From a virus (lineage: Duplodnaviria; Heunggongvirae; Uroviricota; Caudoviricetes), in the IMG/VR virus record IMGVR_UViG_2974716081_000001: a stretch of 64,000 nucleotides of DNA, one strand, 5' to 3'. Position 1 is the stretch's first letter. Each line of letters starts with the position of its first letter. This document shows, in pieces, positions 11,415-24,808 of the stretch. The notes below the pieces were generated by a model. It was not told where the DNA came from. It worked only from the letters and a program-made list of their open reading frames with translations, and did not search any database. The translations under genes were made by a program, and so were the position numbers.

Positions 11415-13355
11415 TTAGTTCCTTACCACTAAATCTAACTCAATAGATTTTTTGTTAGCATAACTTTTTAGCGCCTCATTAAGCTCCCTTTGTTTTGCAC
11501 TTTCAAAGTTACAACCATAAAACACGACTTTGTTTGGGGCAAAATCTTCATCTGAATCCAGCTTTTGGAGCAACGCTTTCAATGCTTCGCTAGTAAAATT
11601 AGGTGCAATCAAATACAGACGGCCATTGCAAAAGTGTGCTGTATAGCCACTAAGATCAACATCTTCAATAGGTGTTATTAACAAGCTACCATCATATACA
11701 CACCATGTAGTCAATAGGGCATCATACTGTTCAGGCGTTAATACCGCATCATCAAAGAATGTATGATTAGTGAGCGTAAGTTCAGACTCAACTTTTGCTC
11801 TAAAGTCATCAATAGTATGAATCACTTTGAAACCTATTTTAGCCGCATTATCACTTGTGGTTGTGCTTTTTTTAAATACCTCCTGTATCCTTTTTTTTGT
11901 TATTTCAAAAATAGATCTATAGCCAAGAGAATAGGCATTCTTTGTTTTATTTATAACTTCATCTTTTTGTATGCATATAAAATTCCTACAGCCTGAATCT
12001 TTTTCATTTAAATATGCAACAGCTTCTGCTGTCGTACCAGAGCCAGCAAAAAAGTCAAGAACTAATGAATCCTTTTTTGTTCCTATTTTTACAAGATCGG
12101 TTATAAGAGGAACAGGTTTTGGTCCTTCAAATAATTTTGCACCTAAAAGATTTTTAAGCTCAGTTGTCGCCGTGCTTGTACTATATTCAGGTTTATACCA
12201 AATTGATTTTGGCTTTTTAGTTGGTAGCTCTCCAAGAGCAGGCCGCTGTTTTTTATAGATATTTTTACCATCTTTTATATCTATTACTATTAGATTATAA
12301 AACTCATCATTTATTTTTTTCTTTCCCCACGACCATGAAAGCTCTTCACCCGTAGGGCTTACTGGGTAAAGTACATAGTCATCTTCGTTAAGAGGTTTAT
12401 CATCATCTGTTACATAAACCTTATTTTCTGAATTGATGAATACCGGAAACCAACCTTTTGGTCTTGATTTTCTAGAAGCATCTTGGCCAGTACGCTTTAA
12501 TGTATCAGCTCTTTTAAATAGCCCATATTCATCTTCATCCCACTCTTTTTCAACTTCACTTTCATCAATATCGAATTGCCCCAAACTACAAACATCTTTG
12601 TTTTTAGCGTATACATATATATATTCATGCGTATCTGAAAAGCCAAAGTTATCATGATTGCCTTTGAGATTCATGATTGTAGGGAGTTTTGCAACAAAAT
12701 TACCTTGCCCAAATACTTCGTCGCATAATAATCCCAACTGTTTATCTTCGTTATCGTCTATGGAGATGAATATTACTCCATCCTCTTTTAAAAGTTCACG
12801 TGCAATATAAAGACGAGGATAAATGAATGTCAGCCATGCACTATGACTGCTTGAACCCTTGGTGGTAAATTCAAGTATGCGGTTAGCCTCATCAAGCTCG
12901 ATACCTGCCAGTTCAGAAAGCTGTTCTGGTGTAAACTTGCGATCATCGTTATAGACGAATCCATCTTTACCCGTATTGTATGGTGGGTCAATGTAAATCA
13001 TATTCACCTTTTCAGCATAAGCATTAACCATATGCTTCAATACTTCGAGGTTATCCCCTTTGATTAACAGGTTTTGACTGTTCTTGTTCTCTTCTTGTTG
13101 GTTATGTGTTTTATCTTCTGCCAACAACGTTTTCGGTGGTAGATTGGCCAACAAACGGGCATAAGATTTACCCAGCCAGTTTAAACTGTATGATTCTTTA
13201 GAGAGTTCAACCTCCGATGCTCTAATAATCTCAAGCAATTTTTCTTGAATGAAGGCTCCGTTTTTATCAAAACACTGTGGGAAATTAGCTTTCAACACAG
13301 CCAGTTGCTTGCTGTTAGCCGTTTCTACTTCGGAAAAAATCGTTTCTTTTTTCAT
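11415..13355 (-). CDS. mod: Type III modification methyltransferase Mod (EcoP1I-like, 646 aa)
   Basis: DPPY adenine-methyltransferase motif and FxGxG AdoMet motif; start set at MKKETIFSEV; no IS interruption seen. Confidence 0.9.
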   Translation of the reverse strand: MKKETIFSEVETANSKQLAVLKANFPQCFDKNGAFIQEKLLEIIRASEVELSKESYSLNWLGKSYARLLANLPPKTLLAEDKTHNQQEENKNSQNLLIKGDNLEVLKHMVNAYAEKVNMIYIDPPYNTGKDGFVYNDDRKFTPEQLSELAGIELDEANRILEFTTKGSSSHSAWLTFIYPRLYIARELLKEDGVIFISIDDNEDKQLGLLCDEVFGQGNFVAKLPTIMNLKGNHDNFGFSDTHEYIYVYAKNKDVCSLGQFDIDESEVEKEWDEDEYGLFKRADTLKRTGQDASRKSRPKGWFPVFINSENKVYVTDDDKPLNEDDYVLYPVSPTGEELSWSWGKKKINDEFYNLIVIDIKDGKNIYKKQRPALGELPTKKPKSIWYKPEYSTSTATTELKNLLGAKLFEGPKPVPLITDLVKIGTKKDSLVLDFFAGSGTTAEAVAYLNEKDSGCRNFICIQKDEVINKTKNAYSLGYRSIFEITKKRIQEVFKKSTTTSDNAAKIGFKVIHTIDDFRAKVESELTLTNHTFFDDAVLTPEQYDALLTTWCVYDGSLLITPIEDVDLSGYTAHFCNGRLYLIAPNFTSEALKALLQKLDSDEDFAPNKVVFYGCNFESAKQRELNEALKSYANKKSIELDLVVRN

Positions 13356-13506
13356 ATCCATTTTAAACCAGATCATTTAGCAACAAAGCGCCGCCTCCCC
13401 AGCCCGTTAGAGCCAGAAGTTGTGGCACTATCACTATCTATATGTTTGAAGAATCGTGCTTCTTTGAGCGATGCTCGGTGAGCAAACAGCCATAATTTGG
13501 GGAAGT

Positions 13507-13755
13507 TTAATCCGCATTGAGAAGCAATGCATTATCTATGATGATCTGCTCCCATTCTTCGAATGCCCGGTCACGGACGCCCTGGGGAACGCTGTTAGTT
13601 TTGAAATCGACGACCGTACGCCATTTCCCGTCCGGACGGTACATGCGCAGAGCTTTACTTCCCCCTTCCCTGCGCACCTCAACGTTATGCTTGTCAGCAA
13701 ACTCTTGTAATGCTCGTAGCGTCCCATGCTTTACTGTGTAGTATCGCTTTTTCAA
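13507..13755 (-). CDS. 82-aa basic protein downstream of darB (possibly Lxc/Bof C1 co-repressor; name from size and position only)
   Basis: MKKRYYTVKHGTLRALQEFADKHNVEVRREGG...; start overlaps the upstream gene stop by 4 nt. Confidence 0.4.
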   Translation of the reverse strand: MKKRYYTVKHGTLRALQEFADKHNVEVRREGGSKALRMYRPDGKWRTVVDFKTNSVPQGVRDRAFEEWEQIIIDNALLLNAD

Positions 13756-14192
13756 GTTTTCTCTCCAGCCTGTGCCAAGGCTTCAACTTCCAAATCGTAA
13801 GACTCAAACTCATAGTCCTGGTCGTCAACTTCTTCAGGCACTGGCAGTAAATGCCAGGCTGAGTATATCTGACCATTATCAAAACGCTCCTGGCTGTAGA
13901 GCGTCGCGGCTATGAGTGTTAGCGCCGGGCGGTCATAACGGTAAATTTTGCGAACGTCACGGTCAACGAGACGACCGAAATTACCATAACCGCGCTCCAG
14001 TAATAATTTTTTAATTTCCGGCCAGTATGGACCATAGCTGCGGTACAGGCGGGGATTTTTCAGTAATCGCCCGCGTAGCCCTGACAGGAAGAAATCAACG
14101 TATTCGTCTTCTGTCTTTCCTAACAACGCTGTACGGAGTACCGCCTCAAGATATGTTTTATTCGGTTTTATTGTATCAGATAGTGTGGCCAT
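13752..14192 (-). CDS. 146-aa protein between darB and the 82-aa gene (possibly Ulx; name from position only)
   Basis: ORF 34 bp downstream of darB stop on the same strand. Confidence 0.4.
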   Translation of the reverse strand: MATLSDTIKPNKTYLEAVLRTALLGKTEDEYVDFFLSGLRGRLLKNPRLYRSYGPYWPEIKKLLLERGYGNFGRLVDRDVRKIYRYDRPALTLIAATLYSQERFDNGQIYSAWHLLPVPEEVDDQDYEFESYDLEVEALAQAGEKT

Positions 14193-14225
14193 ATTATGCG
14201 ACGCCCGGCGAACCGGGCGCTCCTG

Positions 14226-17200
14226 TTATGCGTATTGTTGGATGACGGCCAGAACGTCCGCCACGTTGTGTTTTGTCTCGATAATCCACCAGTTACCTGG
14301 GAAGTCGCTGTTCTTCGCCTTCGCTGGCAACCAGCGAGCGCCGAATTTCGCCTTGATTGCGTCTTTCGCACGGAAAAGCCCCCCTTTCATGCCGGAGGCT
14401 TCCTGAAGCCCAAATACCTCGCCAGCGGCGAATTTTGGTGCGTACATCATCTTCAGGTCGGCGGTGGATACGCGATAATTCAGCCCAAGAGACTGAGCTA
14501 TGCTGGTGGCATCACCCTGTATTGATGATAACTCTTCTTGTTTCTCGTTTCTGGCGGCAATTTCTTCCTCCGTGATGTTGCCTAGGGCCAGGTTTATCCG
14601 ATCAGCGTCGGCCTGTTTCTCTTCATCGGTGCGCCCGGCAAGAACCGTGTTAATTCTCTGCAATATCTCAACATGATTCTTGCGCATGCTGAGTAATTCC
14701 GGCGTAACCTCGTTAAGGTCCACCAGCCCAAGGATGGCAAGGTCAGTAAACATTGATACCAGGTTGTAGGTTATGCGATAGCTGAGTTGGCCATAGGCTG
14801 ATGGCAACTGCACCGCATCCATTTTATAGGCATCCATAAATTTAGAGCCGTCGTTTACGACATCCGCAATTGCCGGTGTGATTTTTCCTGTGGTGGCGGC
14901 CTCCCTGATTGCTGTTACCCACGATTGAGTCAGCGCGGCGACTGCATGATTCAGATTGGCTTTCCGTTCTGCTGCAATGCGCGCACTTGCTGCGTCCATT
15001 GCCTGCTTGATCTCGTCTTTATTGCTGTAAATGCCAATGGTGCCAAACTGTGCTGTGGTGATCTCATAATCTGACGCCCGGAACTCATGGGTACCGAAAA
15101 TAGCATTGGTGACCTCAAGTTCAGAATCCCCGTTACGAGTAGCCCCCTGGCTTGTTTTCTCCGGCATTTTGGCGATCGAATCCGCTATTTTCTCCTGAAG
15201 TGCTTCAGGGGATAGAGTATCTCCGTATGACGCGATTACCTCGCCATAATTGGAGCCAAACAGTTCAGTCAGGAATACTTCTGCCAAACGGACCTGGCGG
15301 TTATTCCCTTCCGACATCATACCAAGCACCCATTTTGCAATTGACGACTTCAGCGCGCCGTCACGGCGATCCGGGTAAACCGCATGCTTCAGTGGGTCCG
15401 TATAGGTACCAACAAAATCAATGCTATAGCCTGACTCTGTAGTCTGAACGCCGTACGAGTCAGTTATTTTGATCATGCCGCGCTGCTGGAAACGGTAGAA
15501 ATCGTCACAGGAAATGATGTCGTTAATCCCGGCGATGGAGACGCCACCACTGATTTTCTGCATAACAGCATCTTCATCGGGAGTTACATCAACCTGTTTA
15601 TCCAGCGTCTTCACATCCCAGTTACCCGATTTGGTGCCTTTGAAGGTAAAGATGATCTCCACGTCTGCGCGCTGGCTGTCGAAGTCCAGCGACTTAATGC
15701 GAACGATATCACCGGCACAATCGTAGTATTGGCCTACACGCCATGAGCGATCGCCGATAACAAGGAACTCATTCGCATGGTTAACCAGATCAGGATCAAC
15801 ATCCAGAATGCCTTTATTTATTGCATCCTCCACCAGCGGGCGCAGGCGTTTGATATCCGTCGCGGCCTTCTGAGTACGGTTCAATAATTTCTCATAGCGG
15901 GAGATGGCCTGAGAGATATTAGCCTTGCGCTGAATGGCGCTTTTCAACGACGCGCGATACTGTGCTAACAACATACGGTCTGTGTGATGGACACTCCCCC
16001 AGCGTGCCTTCCAGTCTGCGTTATCCGCTGCCTTGGCCATTGCCGCCTGTTTGAATTTAGCTACCTCGGCGGTGGTCTTTTCAAGTTCCGCCTTGCTTCG
16101 CTCTAATTCAGCGGTAAGCACCTCCACATCCTCACCAGCTGCGTGCTGCGCCTTGATGTAGTTCTGAAGGTCGATAGTAGCCTGTTCTTTCTGGCGAGCG
16201 CGTTGCGCAGCTTTCGCCTTATCCATTTGAACCTGCATCATTGCCAGACGTTCGCCATCATCCTTAGCGGTATACATCTGCATTTCGATCATATCGTTGG
16301 CGTCGGCGTTCTCCATTTCTGACTTATCTGAACGGAGGATATCGGAGATCCAGCCTGCTTTACGCTTCAGCGTCTTCAGTCGGTATTCATCGAAAGAACC
16401 CTTGCCGCAGTAGTAGTGAACGCGAACGCTTGCACGGTTGGAGCCAACTCGGGCACCGCGACCGTTTCGTTGCGCAATACTGGCTGGAGTCCATGGCAAC
16501 GTCAGATGATGGATGTCAGTCGTTCCTCGATGCAGGTTGATACCCACCTCTGCCTTTTTGTTGCAGATGATGATCGGAGTCCGGCCCTCCTGGAAGTCGG
16601 CTGCAATCTTTTCCAGACCGCCCAACGACATTTCATTTTGCTGCGCGATATAGGCGTCATACAGAGCCATTTGCTCGTTGTATTTCGCTATCTGTGCATC
16701 TGTTGGTTCATCCGGTAACTCTTTCGGCGGTTTAACCGCTTTCAGTTTCTTACCGGTTTTACCTGCCTCGGCAACCGTCTGAGCATTCAGGATCCCCACC
16801 TTTGAAGGTTCAAGGTTTAGAGCATTGCAGATAATGCGCTTGAGCTTCTGGTGCTGCGTTTTTTCATCGGTGAAGATGATTTGCTTACCTTCCGGGAAAA
16901 ACTCCTTCAGCGTGGCGATCAGCTTCGCGTATTTCGGCGTAACGGGGTGAGTTACGGTCTGTTCGTCAATGCCAAACCTGGCCAGGCGCTTATTCACTTC
17001 CTGCTCGAACGCTTCCGGAACCTGCAACTGAATAAACTCGCCCTTATCTATCAGGGAGTATTGCGATTGCTGCGTGATTGAATCATCACTGTCGTCGTCT
17101 TCGCTGGTGGCTTGTTTAGGCAAACTGTCCGCCAGCTGCTGCACCGCATCGGCGTACTCCGGCAGGAAACGATAGGTGATCCGGCGATAGTACAGGTCCA

Positions 17201-20200
17201 TGTCAGTACATACGCGGTCCATATCCCTGATTATTGAGAAGATCGGACGGGCTTTCTCGTGCTCAATCACGCCGTCTTCATTGACCGAGGTCGTTACGCC
17301 ATTGTTGGCTTTGGCCGCCGCTTCCGCCTGCTGACGCAATTCTTCATACGCCGCCAGTTGTTCTTCAGTAAGTGGTGCATCCTGCTGGTGTTCGTCCAGC
17401 TCCGGGATCTCCACGGTATCCTTAACGTCTTCCGCCGTTTTAAGCGTTACCCAGCGATGGAATATACCGCGCAGCGCATCAAGGTTTTCAAAGCCCACCA
17501 GCGCCATTTTTTCTTCAACTTCACCGCTGATTTTCTGTACCGTTTCCAGCCTGGTCTTGCCGAAGAATTTAACGAAGTCATCAGGACCGTAGATCCCCAT
17601 CTTCTGCCAGTATTCCTTCGGCAGAACATGAGAAAGCATGTTGTATGCATCGATCGGGGTGTTAACGACTGGCGTTGCAGTCAGGAGAACCGGCCCGCGC
17701 CCGCCATTCTTTTTCATCAGGTACGCGTTTTTGATTGCCATATCCCGCGCCGATTGCGCCACCGCGCTGGTGGGCAGATAGGCCAGTTGTGACGCTTCGC
17801 GACCATTTTTATAGCTATTGCGGTAGTTGTGGCCTTCGTCGGCGATCACACTATCGAAGCCCATATCCTCAAAGTACGGATATTTCTCTGCTTTTTCGGT
17901 ACCGGTATCTGAATACTCCGACAATACCCGGCGACGCGCCGCCTCTTTACGATGGGAGTCGGAATCCATTGCGCTGGCTACGCGCCCGGCGGCAACGAAG
18001 TCATAAAGCATGTCTTGTGCATGCTCATCTACGGTGTCATCACGTAGCGGAATGCGGGCGTATTGTTCTTTGGTAAACACGACTGCACGGTAGTTTGAGT
18101 GCGGGATCGCGTTCATCCGCGCCGTGATAGTGGCTTCATCTGCCAGCTTAAGAGCATCGCGCATAACTGAAGTGCCATCAGTACCAAGAACAGGTTTACC
18201 GTTCTCATTGAGCACCGGCACCTGGCGAATCTGATCGCCATCCATCAGCACATCAAGACCGACGAACAAGTAGTTACTGAATGCCTCTTCACTCAGGAAT
18301 TCTTTTGCTTCGTAATACCAATTTTCCAGCACTGATTTAGGCACTACATACGCAGTACGGGTAGAGCGACCGTTCTCATAGTTGAACGCCTCAAGCGCCA
18401 GCGCGGTCGTGGTTTTACCCAGCCCGGTGCCGAAGCCCAGGATGCCGCGCCCATCTTCGGACAGTCGGCGCACCTCGCTATTCTGGTAATCAAATGGCTG
18501 GCGCTTACCGCTTAATCCCTTCAACCCAAGCGGATCGCCAGAGTGTTCATACGGGATATTGCTATTGAACACATCGTTGTATTTGGCAACCAGCTCATCG
18601 TAGCGATCGTGCGTCTTGATCCACTTATTGAACTGGTCCTCAAGCAGTGCCATCTGCTCGCGGTAGCCGTTCGCCGTCGCGCTATCTTTGCCACCGATAC
18701 GCGCACCATTGAGATACTTTTCCAGCTGTGCCGGGAACCCGGTCGCGTTTTCACCCGATTTACGGTCCCACTCGTAGCGGATCTCGCCTGTTTCTTTATC
18801 CTTGCGCTGGACGACACCGTATCGGTGCCCGACGAACAGACCATCACCACCGTGATAGGTGTCAGAAACCATTTCGTCGCCTTCCAGCTGCACTGACTGC
18901 ACATAGCGCAGATCCGGATAGCCGTTTTCCTGCAAAAATTCCAGAATGACGGAGCGGTCGAACCAACGGCTATTGAGCTTAAAGCGGATATTCTCTGCTG
19001 GCGTCTTGATGCGCTTCTCTTCGATCGCTGCCAGCTGATTAAGGACGTTGTTCTTTACTGGACCGTCGGGGAGTGTGGCAAGAAATTCCTGTTTTGGAGC
19101 CACTATCTCGTTAATGTCGCCGCTGGTGGCGCGGGCGAACGGAACAATCCCGCCATACGGTGAAACCGCAATACCAGGGGTGCTGGCCAATAAATTAAGC
19201 AACTCTTCATCACTGGCTGGCAGTTCGCCGGTAAACGCAAGGCGGAAATCATCGAGCTGGATTGGATCGCGGGTAAGATCGCTATAGAGATAACGCAGGG
19301 TGTCCTGATAGCTGGTGGAGTCATAACTGGCGCTGGAATCATGCGTAACCAGCTTTCCTGTCAGCTCGTCAGAAATAGTGCCATCCAGCTTAATCGCACC
19401 ACGGAAAGCAAACCAGGCGCGCGCACCGCTCCCCGACAATTTCGCTATCGGACCGCGACCGGGGTTACCAAAACGGTCAATCTCTGCCTGCAAACGGGAT
19501 ACCAGAGAAAGGCGCTGCTGTTCGATTTGTTCAGCACTATGCCCGGCGGCCTTCATGTCCTGATATTCAATTAACATCCGGCCAATCATCGCCCCGCGAT
19601 ACAAGCGTTCACGGTATTTTTCAGGCTGGCTGTTAATCCAGTCCACCAGCTGCACCATATCGTCGCTGATTGATGTGGTGTACTTATCGCGGACATTTGC
19701 CATCTGGGTAAATGTCATGCCGAGACGGCCTTCTGTTGTAGTCAGGTTACGCTGAAGAGCCTCCCAGCTATCCGCGCCATAACTGGCAGCATCGATCTTA
19801 AGTTCCTTCCCGGCATCAGCTTCAATCCAGCGACCACCAGCATATTTTTGCCATACGCCATTAATCAGGCGCATTTCCCCTTCACCAACAACGTCTGCGG
19901 TCGGTGACGGTTCAGCCATATCGAGCAAAGACCAGTCGATACGGCTTTCGAAACGATGAATCAGCTTCGCTTTAAGAGCCTGGTTATCAATCTGACCGTC
20001 GGCACGAACCTCAATACGCCCCTGGAAGCCCTTTTCCTGGGTGCCATGAACAAACCGGCGGCCGTCCTTTTCAAACCACTTGCCAGAAATAAACGTTGGC
20101 CAAAGCACATTTGCCGATTCGAGAGTGCTTTCATCCACCAGGGGGATTTTCTCAGCCATCTCTGCCGGATGTTTGCGCATCAGCACCACATCAACGACTG

Positions 20201-20993
20201 TACTGGTCCCGTTTGCGTCAAAAGTACCGGTAGGCAAGCGGTGAGCGCCAAGAAATTCAGCTTTACGGGATAAGCGCAGGCGTAACCGCTTCATGTTTGA
20301 ACCTGAAACAATGGACGGCGGCACAATCACACACATGAATCCGCCAGGTTTTATCTTGTCCAGCATGCGGAGCATGAAGTAAGACCCCATGTCCGTTTCT
20401 TCTGCGTAAGGCTTATCGATGTTGCGTGTGTTATCACGACCGCCGAACGGAACGTTACCCACAACATGGTCGAATGAATCGTTAGGCGTGTTTATAGCCA
20501 GCTGTTCGAACGGGGAAATCTGTACGCTGTCTTCCGGGTGTAACAACTGGTTTATACGACCGGAAACACTGCTGATCTCAGTCGCGGTCATCACCGTACC
20601 AACCGGTTTTGTCTCATTAAAAACGCCGGTTCCCGCCGATGGTTCCAGAGTGTTACCTACGTCCGCGCCGTAGAGCTTCATGATCTCCCAGACACCTTCA
20701 GCGATAGGCTTTGGTGTGTAATATTCGGAGACGGACCCGCCAATGCCGCCTTCACCAGTGTACCCGGCCAGGATCTGGCGCTGTTCATCTGTCAGTGTCG
20801 CGCCGTCCACCAGCGAATTAAGCAAATCTATCGCCTTCTGATTCGCCTCCCGGCGCAGTCGGTCATAGCTTTTGCCTTCCACCTTTTCCACGCCGTATTT
20901 AATCGGCGCTCGGTGAGATGTTATTGCCCTAATGTATTTCAATATTTCGCTGACACTTGAACAGCGAAACACACCCATAGATAGCTTGTTCAT
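14226..20993 (-). CDS. darB: DarB antirestriction protein (2255 aa; methyltransferase plus helicase domains)
   Basis: 2255-aa ORF, the size of P1 DarB; methyltransferase-like N-terminal region and helicase motifs (GFGTGLGKT, DEGH); divergent from prt. Confidence 0.85.
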   Translation of the reverse strand: MNKLSMGVFRCSSVSEILKYIRAITSHRAPIKYGVEKVEGKSYDRLRREANQKAIDLLNSLVDGATLTDEQRQILAGYTGEGGIGGSVSEYYTPKPIAEGVWEIMKLYGADVGNTLEPSAGTGVFNETKPVGTVMTATEISSVSGRINQLLHPEDSVQISPFEQLAINTPNDSFDHVVGNVPFGGRDNTRNIDKPYAEETDMGSYFMLRMLDKIKPGGFMCVIVPPSIVSGSNMKRLRLRLSRKAEFLGAHRLPTGTFDANGTSTVVDVVLMRKHPAEMAEKIPLVDESTLESANVLWPTFISGKWFEKDGRRFVHGTQEKGFQGRIEVRADGQIDNQALKAKLIHRFESRIDWSLLDMAEPSPTADVVGEGEMRLINGVWQKYAGGRWIEADAGKELKIDAASYGADSWEALQRNLTTTEGRLGMTFTQMANVRDKYTTSISDDMVQLVDWINSQPEKYRERLYRGAMIGRMLIEYQDMKAAGHSAEQIEQQRLSLVSRLQAEIDRFGNPGRGPIAKLSGSGARAWFAFRGAIKLDGTISDELTGKLVTHDSSASYDSTSYQDTLRYLYSDLTRDPIQLDDFRLAFTGELPASDEELLNLLASTPGIAVSPYGGIVPFARATSGDINEIVAPKQEFLATLPDGPVKNNVLNQLAAIEEKRIKTPAENIRFKLNSRWFDRSVILEFLQENGYPDLRYVQSVQLEGDEMVSDTYHGGDGLFVGHRYGVVQRKDKETGEIRYEWDRKSGENATGFPAQLEKYLNGARIGGKDSATANGYREQMALLEDQFNKWIKTHDRYDELVAKYNDVFNSNIPYEHSGDPLGLKGLSGKRQPFDYQNSEVRRLSEDGRGILGFGTGLGKTTTALALEAFNYENGRSTRTAYVVPKSVLENWYYEAKEFLSEEAFSNYLFVGLDVLMDGDQIRQVPVLNENGKPVLGTDGTSVMRDALKLADEATITARMNAIPHSNYRAVVFTKEQYARIPLRDDTVDEHAQDMLYDFVAAGRVASAMDSDSHRKEAARRRVLSEYSDTGTEKAEKYPYFEDMGFDSVIADEGHNYRNSYKNGREASQLAYLPTSAVAQSARDMAIKNAYLMKKNGGRGPVLLTATPVVNTPIDAYNMLSHVLPKEYWQKMGIYGPDDFVKFFGKTRLETVQKISGEVEEKMALVGFENLDALRGIFHRWVTLKTAEDVKDTVEIPELDEHQQDAPLTEEQLAAYEELRQQAEAAAKANNGVTTSVNEDGVIEHEKARPIFSIIRDMDRVCTDMDLYYRRITYRFLPEYADAVQQLADSLPKQATSEDDDSDDSITQQSQYSLIDKGEFIQLQVPEAFEQEVNKRLARFGIDEQTVTHPVTPKYAKLIATLKEFFPEGKQIIFTDEKTQHQKLKRIICNALNLEPSKVGILNAQTVAEAGKTGKKLKAVKPPKELPDEPTDAQIAKYNEQMALYDAYIAQQNEMSLGGLEKIAADFQEGRTPIIICNKKAEVGINLHRGTTDIHHLTLPWTPASIAQRNGRGARVGSNRASVRVHYYCGKGSFDEYRLKTLKRKAGWISDILRSDKSEMENADANDMIEMQMYTAKDDGERLAMMQVQMDKAKAAQRARQKEQATIDLQNYIKAQHAAGEDVEVLTAELERSKAELEKTTAEVAKFKQAAMAKAADNADWKARWGSVHHTDRMLLAQYRASLKSAIQRKANISQAISRYEKLLNRTQKAATDIKRLRPLVEDAINKGILDVDPDLVNHANEFLVIGDRSWRVGQYYDCAGDIVRIKSLDFDSQRADVEIIFTFKGTKSGNWDVKTLDKQVDVTPDEDAVMQKISGGVSIAGINDIISCDDFYRFQQRGMIKITDSYGVQTTESGYSIDFVGTYTDPLKHAVYPDRRDGALKSSIAKWVLGMMSEGNNRQVRLAEVFLTELFGSNYGEVIASYGDTLSPEALQEKIADSIAKMPEKTSQGATRNGDSELEVTNAIFGTHEFRASDYEITTAQFGTIGIYSNKDEIKQAMDAASARIAAERKANLNHAVAALTQSWVTAIREAATTGKITPAIADVVNDGSKFMDAYKMDAVQLPSAYGQLSYRITYNLVSMFTDLAILGLVDLNEVTPELLSMRKNHVEILQRINTVLAGRTDEEKQADADRINLALGNITEEEIAARNEKQEELSSIQGDATSIAQSLGLNYRVSTADLKMMYAPKFAAGEVFGLQEASGMKGGLFRAKDAIKAKFGARWLPAKAKNSDFPGNWWIIETKHNVADVLAVIQQYA

Positions 20994-21059
20994 TGGTAAT
21001 CCTTAACAAGTGACTAGTGTTAAATTCCGTTCAAACACGATGCGAATTATTCTAATTAA

Positions 21060-23790
<2,731 letters not shown>

Positions 23791-23801
23791 CCATCAAAAA
23801 T

Positions 23802-23823
23802 AACCCCGGCGGCTGCCGGGGTT
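23802..23823. terminator. hairpin terminator after pro (AACCCCGGC-ggct-GCCGGGGTT)
   Basis: 9-bp perfect GC-rich stem between convergent pro and lyz transcription units. Confidence 0.55.
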
Positions 23824-23834
23824 ATCGTTAACTA

Positions 23835-24089
23835 TTATCGCCTTCGTCTGCGTGCCATATATTTGCGCACCGCGCGACGTGGGCAATCTGAAGCGGTTTC
23901 TTTCTGCTGCATCAATCTTGCAGCCATGCTCAAAAATGTCAGGCACAGCCGAAGCCCGGCATATAATAGCGGTTCCAGTGGCCACGTCTCATTGAGCACA
24001 TATACCGCCATGAAAATCGAGTCGAAAACTATCGCCGCCAGCGATAACTTCATTGTCGAAAGTCGGCGGAGCTGCCGGAGTTTATTCAT
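23835..24089 (-). CDS. small membrane protein with polybasic C-terminus (hypothetical)
   Basis: 84-aa ORF with one hydrophobic segment and an RRRRR tail, overlapping the lyz stop by 8 nt; weak. Confidence 0.25.
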   Translation of the reverse strand: MNKLRQLRRLSTMKLSLAAIVFDSIFMAVYVLNETWPLEPLLYAGLRLCLTFLSMAARLMQQKETASDCPRRAVRKYMARRRRR

Positions 24090-24639
24090 TGATCAGCCCC
24101 GTCAGGCAAAGCTGGCGTTCTTTTTCACGGCGAATCTTTAAACCTCGCAGGGGCACGCCGTTACTGTTCACAAAATCAGGGAGATGGTTACACATATTTA
24201 CCCATTCCCCTTTCTGCGCCCACTTGTGGATGGACGTTTCGACTCGCATGCCTCGCGCTTTGCTGTAGTAGGTCCGTAAGCTATTGCATCCCATATTGAA
24301 TGCCGCGCTTGTCATTGCACTGAAGGCATTATCGGGCATGTCTTTGCCCCGAAAGTGCTGATTAATACAGCGTTCAGCGATCAGGATATTCTTTTCCCAA
24401 TCAGCGGCGATTTGCTGGTCGGTTTTTCGCACACCCGGCGTTACCCCGTGTGTATTACCGATCCCGTCAGTCCATACCCCCGCCGGGCACATGTATGGAT
24501 CACGTCGGCAACCTTCAGCGTTACCAATCAGCTCAAGCCCCGCCTGGTTGGTTCGCACATTGCCATTACCCATCACGATGGTAATCATCACCGCGATAGC
24601 GCAAATTGCACCGCCTCCTGCGGCTGTTTTTCCCTTCAT
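24082..24639 (-). CDS. lyz: SAR endolysin Lyz (185 aa)
   Basis: MKGKTAAGGGAICAIAVMITIVMGNG... N-terminal signal-anchor-release segment followed by a lysozyme domain. Confidence 0.85.
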   Translation of the reverse strand: MKGKTAAGGGAICAIAVMITIVMGNGNVRTNQAGLELIGNAEGCRRDPYMCPAGVWTDGIGNTHGVTPGVRKTDQQIAADWEKNILIAERCINQHFRGKDMPDNAFSAMTSAAFNMGCNSLRTYYSKARGMRVETSIHKWAQKGEWVNMCNHLPDFVNSNGVPLRGLKIRREKERQLCLTGLINE

Positions 24640-24771
24640 AAAGACCTCATAAGCGAATTTTTTACGCTCCAGGACAAACACCCATTCACAGCCAATACCG
24701 ACTGACTCGATCCCTTTAGAAGACACAGGATAATGCAAATCACTTGTTAGCTACGTTTCAAAGATATACAT

Positions 24772-24788
24772 TATTGCTCTAATTAATT
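24772..24788 (+). promoter_or_regulatory. C1 operator upstream of ssb
   Basis: ATTGCTCTAATTAATTT, 15/17 match to consensus, 20 bp upstream of ssb. Confidence 0.55.
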
Positions 24789-24808
24789 TATTTTATTGGG
24801 TAAGAAAA

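Noticed and set aside
13245-13741. + strand ORFs (78, 79, 74 aa) near the mod start; also checked for a theta-subunit homolog (hot)
   Set aside because: They overlap mod and the 82-aa gene antisense; no ORF in the window resembles the theta motif (DLAAAGVAFKERYN) as I recall it, so no hot call was made
14357-20673. numerous short ORFs on the + strand across darB
   Set aside because: All are nested antisense frames within the 2255-aa darB reading frame
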